Counted from the stretch's first letter, positions 26,451-35,828 are shown. The stretch is 64,000 bases of DNA from an archaeon (GCA_043810775.1 JBDRNU010000003.1:11778-75777), one strand, 5' to 3'. Program-made: numbers and translations. Notes: a model not told the origin generated them from the letters alone.

Positions 26451-27284
26451 ATGGAAAAAAGAGGAATAATAGTAGTATTGTTAGTTATATTTTTAGCTGG
26501 ACTTGCAATCGCTGCTGAGGGAAATGCAACTACTGAATTTGAAACTCAATTTGGCAGCTGTTCTGCTGATGGATTGCACTGGATTGATGAATTAGGTGTA
26601 TCTCATGCAACTACATTTGATCCTAGTACTTATGATTTGATAGAAGATTCAACTTACTGCACTTTGGAGCCAGGAGGATGCTGCCCAAGCGGATTTACCT
26701 GTGTTCCATGTAGCCCTCCTGCAGGACCTGGCTGTGGATGCCAAGGATATACTTCTGAGTATTGCTCAAACGGAAGCACTAGTGGAGGGCAGATAGTATA
26801 TTGTGCAGATTATCCTGACCAAGCAAACTGCACAATTGATTCTTGCGGGGCTGTAACTTGGGAGTGTTTATTAGATGAAAACAATTGTGAGGGATATATC
26901 TGGAATGGAACAATGTGGTGGGCTTCTGTAAATGAAAGCTGCAAGTGGAACAGCACTGGCAATGCATGTTATTTTCATATGAGGTGGGTTCCAACAATAT
27001 GCTTTAATGGGTGTGATGATTCTGGATATTATTATTGTGATAGAACTACCACTAAGGGTAATTGCCAGGGAGGAAAGATGCTTGTAAGCTGGGGTGAAAT
27101 ATTATATCATTCTATTAGTGGAGAGGTTTTTGATGCAAATTTAGAAACTTTATATGGCTGTCAAGATGGCTCAAGATATTATAACTGTGGATTTAGTGAA
27201 CAGCTAGGTTTTTTTAATATTTGGGGCATTATTCTCGCATTAATGTTAATTAGCTTATACTATGTTGTGAGAGAGAAAAGATGA
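26451..27284 (+). CDS. secreted Cys-rich protein with C-terminal anchor
   Basis: Signal peptide, many Cys and Trp, and C-terminal TM + VREKR. Its stop overlaps the next start (ATGA). Confidence 0.55.
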   Translation: MEKRGIIVVLLVIFLAGLAIAAEGNATTEFETQFGSCSADGLHWIDELGVSHATTFDPSTYDLIEDSTYCTLEPGGCCPSGFTCVPCSPPAGPGCGCQGYTSEYCSNGSTSGGQIVYCADYPDQANCTIDSCGAVTWECLLDENNCEGYIWNGTMWWASVNESCKWNSTGNACYFHMRWVPTICFNGCDDSGYYYCDRTTTKGNCQGGKMLVSWGEILYHSISGEVFDANLETLYGCQDGSRYYNCGFSEQLGFFNIWGIILALMLISLYYVVREKR

Positions 27285-30049
27285 GGAAATTAATTTTTTT
27301 TGTAGTATTTTCTGTTATTTTAAGTAGTTTAGTATGTGGATTTTCAGTTAGCTCAAATCAGAGCTATAGCATCAAATATGTTTATGCTCCTGGAGAGATA
27401 ATTCAGGGATGGATTAATATAAGCTTGCAAAATGATGCTTCTAATTTACAGTTAGACACTAGCTTAGATGGGGATTCTATAGATTTGATTGATTTTGTGA
27501 AAAAAAATAGTTTAAATTACGACTGCCTTCCTAAAGATTGTGAAGATAATTACAAAGTAAGAGATGAAGCAACTTTTAAACAAGCTGATTTGGCTGCAGA
27601 CAGCCAAAAACTTTATGGATTTAAAATTAGCGAGCCATTTGAAAGAGTAGATGAACTTAGATTTAATATTTCAAGTAATACTTTTGATTCTTGCGCAATG
27701 CCACTTAGAATAGACTTATGCAATGATGGCAATATTAACTGGAAATATAAGGAATTTTTTCCTGTTTTTGACTGCGGAGTTACTGATTTGAACTGCTATA
27801 ATTCTGGAGCAACACTCAATGAGTATGATTTAACTGCATCTAGCTTATACTGCCAAGAGTTCCAATTAACTGAAAGACCAGCTTATGAAATAAGTGTAGA
27901 TTTAATAAAAGGAGCAGATACTAATGTAGAATTTACACTAGAAATAAGAGATCAGGGAGGGTCACCTACGGGAAAATACTGCAAATATAATGGAAATAGC
28001 TGGACCACAAAAGTAAACTGCACAGTTATTAATACAGATGGAAGTATTGGCTCTGGAAAGTACTTTGCCTGTATAAGCGTAGATTCTTCTACTCCAACTG
28101 GCAAGCATAAAATAAAAGCTGAAACTGAAAATCCAAAATGCGGATATGCTGGTGATTTTGGAGGAGTTTATGATGCAGATTATCCAATACAGATAAAAGG
28201 AGCAAGATATGATGCATTTGATAATTCTTTTTTTAGCCAGGTTGCTTGGGAAGAACAAAATGGTGGAGACTTAGTAGATTATATTAATAATTATATTAAT
28301 GGAAAATATCGCAAGATTTCTGGCACTAGCAATTATAATTGCAGTAGTGACTGTGTTATCCCTATAAGATTTTATGGAGGTTTGAGTCAAGCTTTGAGAG
28401 TTAGCAATATCTACTTACACTATCAGGCTGCGGCTGGTGGAAGAGACACAAACAAAATTTATGATGTAGATCTTGAACCAGCTAAACTTACTAGCAAGTA
28501 TTTTGAATTTGATTTAAGTGTGGCTAACTTTACAGCTCCTAAAAGTTATGGAAATCACACCCTTATTATTACTTTAGGTGGGACAGAAATTTTAAATGAA
28601 AAAGTAAGTGTGGCTAAAATTCCTGTAATAGGAGATGTTTATCCTAATCAGGTTCCTGCTGGAAGACCAGTTACCTTATATGTAAATGTAAGCTCACCAG
28701 CTGACAATGAGATTGTAAGTTATAACTGGAGCTTTAGTGATGGAGTTTCGCAAGTAACTACGGAAGGGCAGGTAACTCGCACTTTTTCCAGAATACTAGG
28801 ATATTCTCTTGACCTTACAGTAAAGGACTCAACTGGCCAGACAGCTATAAAAAGATTTACAATTATTGCAGGAGACCCTGAAATAGCAATAAACTCTACA
28901 ATTAAAGATTATAGAAACCGTCTAGAAAACTTGAGAGCTGATCTTAGCTTTTATACTGGATGGTATAAAAATATAATTGAGGAAAAAATCGGAATAGATG
29001 AACTTGAAGAACAGATTAGAACTCAAGAAATAAAATTCATTAATTCATTTAATGATCCAGACAAGCTTGTCCCAATAATGTCTAATTTAACTGAGTTAAA
29101 TATTCCTATAAAACTTATGAATAAAAATGAAGGCTCAATGCCCTTATTTATAGACCCTAGCCAGGTTAATTTTGATTATCTTGATTCAATGGGTGCTGGA
29201 AGCGCTCCGATGAATTCTAGTGGAGAGGATGCTTATGAAAAAGCTATTAGCAATTGGCTTGGGAAATATGCTACAATTGACTATGATTTCCAGATCATTG
29301 CATTATATTTTGAAGATGGGAGTTATGAGTTTCTTATGGGTGTGTTTGATTTAAATATAGATATCAGTGAAGCCAAAGATGGCAAAGAGATGTACTTGGT
29401 GATTAGCCATGATGATATTGACTTAGATAAAGAGTATAATATTGATGAGTTTGATGATGCAACCGGGATTATATTTGATTCCATATCAAACAAGAATGTG
29501 GGAATTTTAGTGGAAGAAGAAATAGAACCTGAAAATTTAGTTGCATATCTTGCCCCACAATTTTCAGAACTGGAAATTGTTGGGTCTATTGGGCCGTGCA
29601 ATTTTAATAATAAATGTGAAAAAAGTTTAGGAGAAACTTGGAAAAACTGCAGACAGGATTGCAAACCAGTAGGCTGGATGATATTCTGGATTTTTATCTT
29701 GATGATTGGGGCTTTAGCAGTATATATAATATTACAAGAGTGGTATAAGAGAAGATATGAAAATTATCTTTTTAATAATAGAAATGACTTGTATAATTTA
29801 GTAAATTTTGTAAAAAATGCTAAAAACCAGGGATTGGGTGACGGCGAGATAACAAAGAGATTGAAAAAATCAGGGTGGGATGGAGAGCAGATATCATATG
29901 TATTTAAAAAAGTTAAGGGCAAGAGAGTGGGAATGTTATTTGAAATTCCTATACCTAAATTATTTAAGAGATTTCCTAAGAAAAAATACAATCCTATGGC
30001 TCAAAATCTACCAGGAAACAGAAGACTTATAAATATAGGAAGATACTAA
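27281..30049 (+). CDS. large surface protein with PKD-like domain, single TM and cytoplasmic tail
   Basis: Signal peptide. PKD-like YNWSFSDGVS...LDLTVKDSTGQ. TM WMIFWIFILMIGALAVYIIL, followed by a ~110-aa basic tail containing NQGLGDGEITKRLKKSGWDGEQISYVF. Confidence 0.65.
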   Translation: MRKLIFFVVFSVILSSLVCGFSVSSNQSYSIKYVYAPGEIIQGWINISLQNDASNLQLDTSLDGDSIDLIDFVKKNSLNYDCLPKDCEDNYKVRDEATFKQADLAADSQKLYGFKISEPFERVDELRFNISSNTFDSCAMPLRIDLCNDGNINWKYKEFFPVFDCGVTDLNCYNSGATLNEYDLTASSLYCQEFQLTERPAYEISVDLIKGADTNVEFTLEIRDQGGSPTGKYCKYNGNSWTTKVNCTVINTDGSIGSGKYFACISVDSSTPTGKHKIKAETENPKCGYAGDFGGVYDADYPIQIKGARYDAFDNSFFSQVAWEEQNGGDLVDYINNYINGKYRKISGTSNYNCSSDCVIPIRFYGGLSQALRVSNIYLHYQAAAGGRDTNKIYDVDLEPAKLTSKYFEFDLSVANFTAPKSYGNHTLIITLGGTEILNEKVSVAKIPVIGDVYPNQVPAGRPVTLYVNVSSPADNEIVSYNWSFSDGVSQVTTEGQVTRTFSRILGYSLDLTVKDSTGQTAIKRFTIIAGDPEIAINSTIKDYRNRLENLRADLSFYTGWYKNIIEEKIGIDELEEQIRTQEIKFINSFNDPDKLVPIMSNLTELNIPIKLMNKNEGSMPLFIDPSQVNFDYLDSMGAGSAPMNSSGEDAYEKAISNWLGKYATIDYDFQIIALYFEDGSYEFLMGVFDLNIDISEAKDGKEMYLVISHDDIDLDKEYNIDEFDDATGIIFDSISNKNVGILVEEEIEPENLVAYLAPQFSELEIVGSIGPCNFNNKCEKSLGETWKNCRQDCKPVGWMIFWIFILMIGALAVYIILQEWYKRRYENYLFNNRNDLYNLVNFVKNAKNQGLGDGEITKRLKKSGWDGEQISYVFKKVKGKRVGMLFEIPIPKLFKRFPKKKYNPMAQNLPGNRRLINIGRY

Positions 30050-30062
30050 AAATTAATAAAAA

Positions 30063-30704
30063 ATGGTTGTGAAAATAATAAGTAATTTTTTTAACAGAAT
30101 TTTTTCAAATATGTTTCATAGACAGAAACATATTAAATTAGGCTTTTATGGGCCGCCAAATGCTGGAAAAACTTCACTGGCTAATAGAATATGCAAGGAT
30201 TGGACTGGAGAGGAAATAGGAAAAGTCAGCCATATTCCTCATGAAACTAGAAATGTTCAGATAAGAGAAAAAGTAGATATTGAATATAAGGGGAATAAGC
30301 TAACACTAAAGCTAGTTGATACGCCTGGAATAGCTACTAAGATTGATTATGAAGACTTTTTAAAATATGGTATGAATAAAAAGGCTGCTCAAAAAAGGGC
30401 AAAAGAAGCTACCCAGGGAGTGGTTGAAAGCATCAAATGGCTAGATGATATGGATGCTGTGGTGGTTGTTTTAGATTCAACTCAAAATCCTTATTCGCAA
30501 GTTAATATTACTATAATAGGAAATTTAGTTGCCAGGAAAATTCCTGTACTAGTTGTTGCTAATAAGACTGATTTAAGGAAATCAGATATTAAAAGAGTGG
30601 AGGCAGCATTTCCTGAATATGATGTTGTTGGAATCTCAGTGAAAAAAGGAAAAAATATGGAAGAGTTTTATGAATCATTGTTCAAGCTAGCAAAAAAAAC
30701 TTAA
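30063..30704 (+). CDS. small GTPase (archaeal GTPase/DUF2073/Zn-ribbon triad)
   Basis: G1 GPPNAGKTS, G3 DTPG, G4 NKTD. Confidence 0.8.
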   Translation: MVVKIISNFFNRIFSNMFHRQKHIKLGFYGPPNAGKTSLANRICKDWTGEEIGKVSHIPHETRNVQIREKVDIEYKGNKLTLKLVDTPGIATKIDYEDFLKYGMNKKAAQKRAKEATQGVVESIKWLDDMDAVVVVLDSTQNPYSQVNITIIGNLVARKIPVLVVANKTDLRKSDIKRVEAAFPEYDVVGISVKKGKNMEEFYESLFKLAKKT

Positions 30705-30708
30705 AAAA

Positions 30709-30789
30709 TAAACCTTTAGGAGGTTTCCAACTGTCGTGCTTAACAGCACAACGAATTAACTTCCTTCATAGAGTTAGTTAATATTCAAA
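30709..30789 (+). repeat. structured three-hairpin element, copy 2
   Basis: ATAAACCTTTAGGAGGTTTCCAACTGTCG - GTGCT/AGCAC hairpin - AACGAATTAACTTCCTTCATAGAGTTAGTTAAT. Followed at 30790 by ATGATAAAAAAAGAGGAAAATGAGC, which resembles a decayed pilin-type start. Confidence 0.7.
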
Positions 30790-30808
30790 ATGATAAAAAA
30801 AGAGGAAA

Positions 30809-31186
30809 ATGAGCAAAAATAAACTGACATTAAGTTTTATACCTTATTCAGAAATTGAAAACTTAGACAGTGTCAAGAGAGTTAAAAAAATACTAGATAT
30901 TGTCCTAAAAAATAGAATAGTAATATTACAGGGAAGGCTTGCTGCTACTGAAGAAGGCTCATTAATCCAGAGTACAATGGCTTTAGTTGGCAAGATAAAA
31001 AGTTTCAGAGGAGTTGAACTTGCAGTTATTACTGGAAATCAGGCTTCTTTTATGAGCAGATTAAGACACGGACTGGCTAAAATGCTAATAGGAGACAGTG
31101 ATGCCCTCACTATAATAGGTCCAGCTTCTATAGTCAGAGAAATTAAGAGAGACCCTAGCAAGATTGATTTAATGCTTAAGAGATAA
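30809..31186 (+). CDS. DUF2073-like protein
   Basis: The IVILQGRLAATEEGSLIQSTMALV pattern matches my recollection of the DUF2073 core (vLEgGLtpeEEakLIE-TM). Position between the GTPase and the Zn-ribbon gene also fits. Confidence 0.6.
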   Translation: MSKNKLTLSFIPYSEIENLDSVKRVKKILDIVLKNRIVILQGRLAATEEGSLIQSTMALVGKIKSFRGVELAVITGNQASFMSRLRHGLAKMLIGDSDALTIIGPASIVREIKRDPSKIDLMLKR

Positions 31187-31223
31187 ATATTTATACTTCT
31201 TATTATTTATTTTTATTATTAAA

Positions 31224-31298
31224 TAGCCAAATAATAAAATGCCAATGTCATTTTACAATTTGATATAAAATTAACATTAGCCAAATAATAAAATGCCA
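31224..31298 (+). repeat. 21-nt perfect direct repeat duplicating the RBS/start of the Zn-ribbon gene
   Basis: tagccaaataataaaatgcca at 31224..31244 and 31278..31298, offset 54 nt. The first copy opens a 9-codon ORF (MPMSFYNLI). Confidence 0.85.
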
Positions 31299-31706
31299 CA
31301 CCAATGCGTACACTGCGGAAAGATATATCCTGATGCAAGCAAGGAGCTATTAGAAGGATGCAGCTGCAGCAGCCATTTCTTCTTTTATATTAAAAATGTA
31401 CAGTTTGAATCATTAAAAGAAAATAAGATTATAAGTGAGCTTAAAGAGGAAGATAAAGACCAGATTGAAAAAGATGTAAGGGAGATGATAGGGGTGGAGG
31501 AGGAAGACAGCCCGGTTATTCTTGATTTAGAGTCTGTTAAAATTGAGGGGCCTGGAAGGTATAAGCTGGATATAGTTAACTTATTTAGAAAAGGCAGGCC
31601 TGTAGTTTATAAGCTAGAAGAGGGGAAATATATTATTGATTTAGCTTCTACATTAAGGGTTGATATGGACAAGATTGGAGAGAAAATAAAAAAACCTGAG
31701 AAATAG
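31293..31706 (+). CDS. Zn-ribbon protein (DUF2072-like)
   Basis: MPHQCVHCGKIYPDASKELLEGCSCSSHFFFY. This is the third member of the conserved archaeal triad. Confidence 0.6.
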   Translation: MPHQCVHCGKIYPDASKELLEGCSCSSHFFFYIKNVQFESLKENKIISELKEEDKDQIEKDVREMIGVEEEDSPVILDLESVKIEGPGRYKLDIVNLFRKGRPVVYKLEEGKYIIDLASTLRVDMDKIGEKIKKPEK

Positions 31707-31719
31707 TAAGCTTTAAATA

Positions 31720-32166
31720 ATGGAACTTATTCTCGAAAACAAGATGGGATTAAACAGAAGTAAGATAATGGACCTTAGATTCTGGGATAGGTGGAGAGCT
31801 AGTGGAGCAGTTGGAAATATTGAAAGTGCTAAAAGCCCTAGGAAATATAATCCTGGAGATATTGTAAGGCTAACTGCCAGGGCTCCAATGGGAGGATATA
31901 ATCAAGAATATGCTTATTCCCAAGGAGAGCATACAGAAGGTATGATTCTAAGACAGATTCCTAAAGGAGAGTCTTTTGCAGGATGGTACGAAATTGTTAC
32001 TACTTCTTATACTCCAAGTGAAAAAGATTCATGGATATTTAGATTTCCTTTAGATACGTTAGAGGGCATTCCAGGAGATTCTAGGCTTTTAAGAGAGCAG
32101 ATGAAAAAAGAATTGCTTAGGAGGGGGTATGAGCCTGCTTTAAGGAAAGCTGGATTAGCTGCATAA
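31720..32166 (+). CDS. hypothetical soluble protein
   Basis: 148-aa ORF with no low-complexity sequence. No family recognised. Confidence 0.5.
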   Translation: MELILENKMGLNRSKIMDLRFWDRWRASGAVGNIESAKSPRKYNPGDIVRLTARAPMGGYNQEYAYSQGEHTEGMILRQIPKGESFAGWYEIVTTSYTPSEKDSWIFRFPLDTLEGIPGDSRLLREQMKKELLRRGYEPALRKAGLAA

Positions 32167-32179
32167 ATTTATTTTAAAA

Positions 32180-33022
32180 ATGACACTAAGAAAAGTAAAA
32201 TTCGGGCAAATAACTTTAGAAACTAATGGTTTTAATAGAGCTCTTTATGATGATTATTTTGATGAAAGGAATCTTCCTTTAAATGGAGAGCATCCTGAAA
32301 ACTGGCATACTGGAAAGTTAAGGGAGATAGTGCAATCAGTGGGGAGACCTCTTGATGATCTTCCAAAAGCTACAATTGAAGCTATTGCAGCAGAATCAAG
32401 AACAAGATTGAGTAAAGAAGATATTGAAAGGGCAAGCTCAGAAGCTATGCCTATTCAACTAGGAATTGATGAGGAACTTAGTTATGAAGAATCAAGGGGA
32501 TTTTTTGAGGATTTTTTAAATGCTTTTAGATATGCAGATCAATTAAGAAGTGTTGGTTTTAATCCTTGGAGTAAGAGGGTGCATTCTGATTTAGTTGTAA
32601 TAGGAAAAGGAGAAACTTCAATAAAATCAAAGCAGGGAAGAGAGTATGAATTAAAGCCATATATTTTTATTTCTGGAAATCATCATAATCATTCTTTTTA
32701 TCTTAACTTGCAAATGCCTTTTGATTATAGGAAAGAGGGTGAAAGTAAAAGGCTTCATGATTTTGTATTAAATAGTGAAGGATTAATAGCTACCCCCTCA
32801 CATATGTTAGTTTCTCATAATGGGGGGCCTTATCAAGAAGAAGTATCCCATTATGTTTTAAGTGTAGAAGGTATAGAGGCTTTTGGAAGCATAACAAAAT
32901 ACCCTGAGATTTTTACAGAAATTGGCTTATTTGGAACACTAAAGTATTTTGAACCTTTTTGCCAAGCTGTTGTAGATAAACTAGATGAACATTTTGATGG
33001 ACAGGAAAGGCAAAAGAATTAA
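32180..33022 (+). CDS. hypothetical soluble protein
   Basis: 280-aa ORF starting 13 nt after the previous stop. No family recognised. Confidence 0.5.
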   Translation: MTLRKVKFGQITLETNGFNRALYDDYFDERNLPLNGEHPENWHTGKLREIVQSVGRPLDDLPKATIEAIAAESRTRLSKEDIERASSEAMPIQLGIDEELSYEESRGFFEDFLNAFRYADQLRSVGFNPWSKRVHSDLVVIGKGETSIKSKQGREYELKPYIFISGNHHNHSFYLNLQMPFDYRKEGESKRLHDFVLNSEGLIATPSHMLVSHNGGPYQEEVSHYVLSVEGIEAFGSITKYPEIFTEIGLFGTLKYFEPFCQAVVDKLDEHFDGQERQKN

Positions 33023-33091
33023 AGTAAATGCATAAAAAATATAATAAACACAATGCGTTAGATATAAATAGCAATTTTCTTTAGTATATTT

Positions 33092-34306
33092 ATGCAAAAG
33101 CTATTGAAAGAAGAGTTAGTTAGAATAAAACTTTCTGAAAAAGAGTCTTCTAAGCTGAAAAAAAGCACTAGTGAGATAGTTGAAAAGCTAAAAAGAGCTT
33201 TGAAAAATGTTAATGCGCAAATATTTATTGGTGGAAGCTTGGCAAAAGGGACAATTATCAGAAAAGAGGTTCCTGACGTAGATATATTCATAAGATTTTA
33301 TTATATTAGGGATATTTCAAAGCTTCCTAACATAATAAGAAAGGCTAGGTTAAAAGCTGTGAAAATTCACGGAAGCAGAGATTATTTTCAAATTAAAGAA
33401 AAAAATGTTATATATGAGATAGTGCCTGTATTAAGAATAGCTAAACCAGAAGATGCTGTTAATGTTACTGATTTAAGCTATTTTCATGTTAATTACGTGA
33501 TAGATGCAATTAACAAAAACCCAAAACTTGCAGATGATATTATACTTGCCAAGTCATTTACTCATGCTTCAGAATGCTATGGAGCTGAATCATATATTAA
33601 AGGATTTTCAGGATATGCGCTTGAATTACTAGTAATAAACTATGGTGGATTTATTGAGCTTGTTAAGGCTATCAGCAAGACTAAGAGCAAACTAATTTTA
33701 GATCCTGGAAAAAAATACAAAAATAAGATTGATATTTTAAATAATTTAAATGAGTCTAAATTAGGCTCTCCTATAGTATTTATTGACCCTACTTTTGCAG
33801 AGAGAAATGCTCTGGCAGCGCTGAGTGATGAGAGTTTTTCCAAGTTCAGAGAGTATTGCACGGCATTTTTGAAAAAGCCTTCTAAAAAGTTTTTTGAGCA
33901 GACTAAGATTGATAAAAAAAAGTATAATCTTATTGTTAAAGCTGTAACTGACAGGCAGGAAGGAGATGTTGCAGGAAGCAAGCTAATCAAATTCTATAAA
34001 TTCTTGCTATCAAATCTAGGGATATATTTTGAGGTTAAAGATGCTATATTTTATTATAATGAAAAAAAGCATGCTGAATATTATTTTGACTTAAAAGCAA
34101 AAAAAGAGCTTATAATGGAAGGGCCACCAATTAAGATGGAAGAAAGTGTCAAGAAATTTAAGGAGGCTCATAAAAAAACTTTTGTTAAAAATGGCAAGAT
34201 ATGCTCTAGGGAAAAGATTAATATAAACTATAAAAAATTCTTAGCTGAATTCAAGAAAAAATATAAAATCCAGATGAATGAGATGGGGATAACCAGGGTT
34301 AGTTAG
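33092..34306 (+). CDS. cca: CCA-adding tRNA nucleotidyltransferase (archaeal class I)
   Basis: GGSLAKGTIIRKEVPDVDIFIRF nucleotidyltransferase motif (GS...DxD). Overall length and layout resemble archaeal Cca. Confidence 0.7.
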   Translation: MQKLLKEELVRIKLSEKESSKLKKSTSEIVEKLKRALKNVNAQIFIGGSLAKGTIIRKEVPDVDIFIRFYYIRDISKLPNIIRKARLKAVKIHGSRDYFQIKEKNVIYEIVPVLRIAKPEDAVNVTDLSYFHVNYVIDAINKNPKLADDIILAKSFTHASECYGAESYIKGFSGYALELLVINYGGFIELVKAISKTKSKLILDPGKKYKNKIDILNNLNESKLGSPIVFIDPTFAERNALAALSDESFSKFREYCTAFLKKPSKKFFEQTKIDKKKYNLIVKAVTDRQEGDVAGSKLIKFYKFLLSNLGIYFEVKDAIFYYNEKKHAEYYFDLKAKKELIMEGPPIKMEESVKKFKEAHKKTFVKNGKICSREKININYKKFLAEFKKKYKIQMNEMGITRVS

Positions 34307-34841
34307 TCCTGCTTTCTTGCTCGTGAGTATTATCAACTAAAATTATTGGATGCATTCCTAATTGCTCATCAAGAGATTCCATTTTAAACAGCATTTTCCT
34401 TATTTCTACATCATGCTGGTTCCAATTATAAGAAGATAGTGCATCTGCAACTTTTTCAGGAACATAAGCTATTCTTGTTTCTGAAACTGGGAATTTATAT
34501 AAATCTCCTCTTTTTCTTGCAGATCTTACATCTGGAGCAAGTTTTAAGGCTTTGGCTTTAATAAAATCATATGCACCTGCATTTACGTGCAGAGTAAAAT
34601 CAGGCAAAATCCGGGCATCAACATAGCAAGAATGACAAACAGCCCCATCAGGCGAACATTCAAGATTAACATCATCTAATTTCCTTATTTTAAGGTTATT
34701 TTTAGATGGATGAATTAAAGCTGATTTAGGTTTATTTTCCCATCCTCTTTCTTTTAGATAGTAGTTAATTGTGCTGAGAATTTGCTTTTTAGTGTTTCCA
34801 AAAAATTCAAGATTTAGAGTTAGGTAATGAAAATACGTCAT
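34299..34841 (-). CDS. hypothetical protein
   Basis: 180-aa ORF, convergent with cca with an 8-nt overlap. No family recognised. Confidence 0.45.
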   Translation of the reverse strand: MTYFHYLTLNLEFFGNTKKQILSTINYYLKERGWENKPKSALIHPSKNNLKIRKLDDVNLECSPDGAVCHSCYVDARILPDFTLHVNAGAYDFIKAKALKLAPDVRSARKRGDLYKFPVSETRIAYVPEKVADALSSYNWNQHDVEIRKMLFKMESLDEQLGMHPIILVDNTHEQESRTN

Positions 34842-34853
34842 TTTCTACCTCTT

Positions 34854-35633
34854 TTATTTCTTAACAGCTAAGTCAAACATTTCAGAAAGCATTCCTGCAA
34901 AAAGCTCTGAATTTAGCCAGATACCCATTTCCTGGTCATCAATATTTGACTGGTTTAACAAAAACAAGACTTGATTTTTATCTGCAATGAAAAATCTAGC
35001 ATCTACATTAATTTTTTGAGGCTTGATATTATATTTTTTCTCAACATCTTTTGCCCCATTTTCGCTTCCTGAAACTGCAAGCTTGATTTTTATATTTGCT
35101 TTTCTTAACCTGTCAAAAAGTAAATTAAATACCCTTGATCTTTCAAGTATTTCTGAAGCTGGAATACATATTACAACTTCTTTTGAAGAATTTTCAAGCA
35201 TTTCTTTTACATGTGAATAAATATTTGACTTACCCCTGATAGCAGAAGACATTTCAGTCTGATTAATTGGCTCAATTCCAGTATTATGAAGGTCTTCAAG
35301 CTCTTCATATTCTTTTGTTTCTTTTAAGCTAGAAAGAATCTTTACTTTTTCTTCAGCGTTTCTTAGAGTATTATTCTTAAGCTTTTCAATAACCAGAGTT
35401 GGCTTTACAGCAATATACTTTACTGGCTTTCCAATTTTAGCTATTACAAAACCCTGCTTTTCAAGAGATTCGAGAACATCATAAGTCCTACTTCTTGGAA
35501 CTCCAGAAATTTCAGCTATTTCTCCAGCAGAGGCTATACCTTTGCTAATTAAAGCTAACCATACTTTGGTTTCATAAATATTAAGATCAAAATGAGTCTT
35601 AATTTTTTTTACTAATTCACTTTTTAATATCAT
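34854..35633 (-). CDS. TrmB-family transcriptional regulator
   Basis: N-terminal wHTH ETKVWLALISKGIASAGEIAEISGVPRSRTYDVLESLEKQGFV. The ATG at 35633 is preferred over the TTG at 35639 used in the track. Confidence 0.75.
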   Translation of the reverse strand: MILKSELVKKIKTHFDLNIYETKVWLALISKGIASAGEIAEISGVPRSRTYDVLESLEKQGFVIAKIGKPVKYIAVKPTLVIEKLKNNTLRNAEEKVKILSSLKETKEYEELEDLHNTGIEPINQTEMSSAIRGKSNIYSHVKEMLENSSKEVVICIPASEILERSRVFNLLFDRLRKANIKIKLAVSGSENGAKDVEKKYNIKPQKINVDARFFIADKNQVLFLLNQSNIDDQEMGIWLNSELFAGMLSEMFDLAVKK

Positions 35634-35670
35634 TTTCAAAACAACCTACGGTTTTTTTGTATTTTCCCTT
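35631..35670 (-). promoter_or_regulatory. conserved 40-nt leader block with hairpin, copy A (upstream of TrmB-like gene)
   Basis: Sense strand reads AAGGGAAAATACAAAAAAACCGTAGGTTGTTTTGAAAATG. The hairpin CAAAAAAACC-GUA-GGUUGUUUUG lies at 35637..35659. Confidence 0.6.
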
Positions 35671-35828
35671 AGGCTGATAATTTACCTTTAATCAGTAGAG
35701 AAAAATGGCTTTATAAATCTTTCTATTTGTTACCTCTCAACAGTTACAATAAAACAAAGTTGACTTGGATTTTATAAATAATTAGAATTAAACTTAATTC
35801 TGCTTAATTTTAAAGAATTAGGGCTTAA

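Noticed and set aside
35634-35639. TTG-initiated starts used by the ORF track (35639, 43424, 15503), giving MKM... or MEKN... N-termini.
   Set aside because: In each case an ATG lies 2-17 codons downstream with better context, and the two minus-strand cases have the identical leader ...TTTTGAAAATG. The ATG starts were adopted. The extra codons belong to the conserved leader block.
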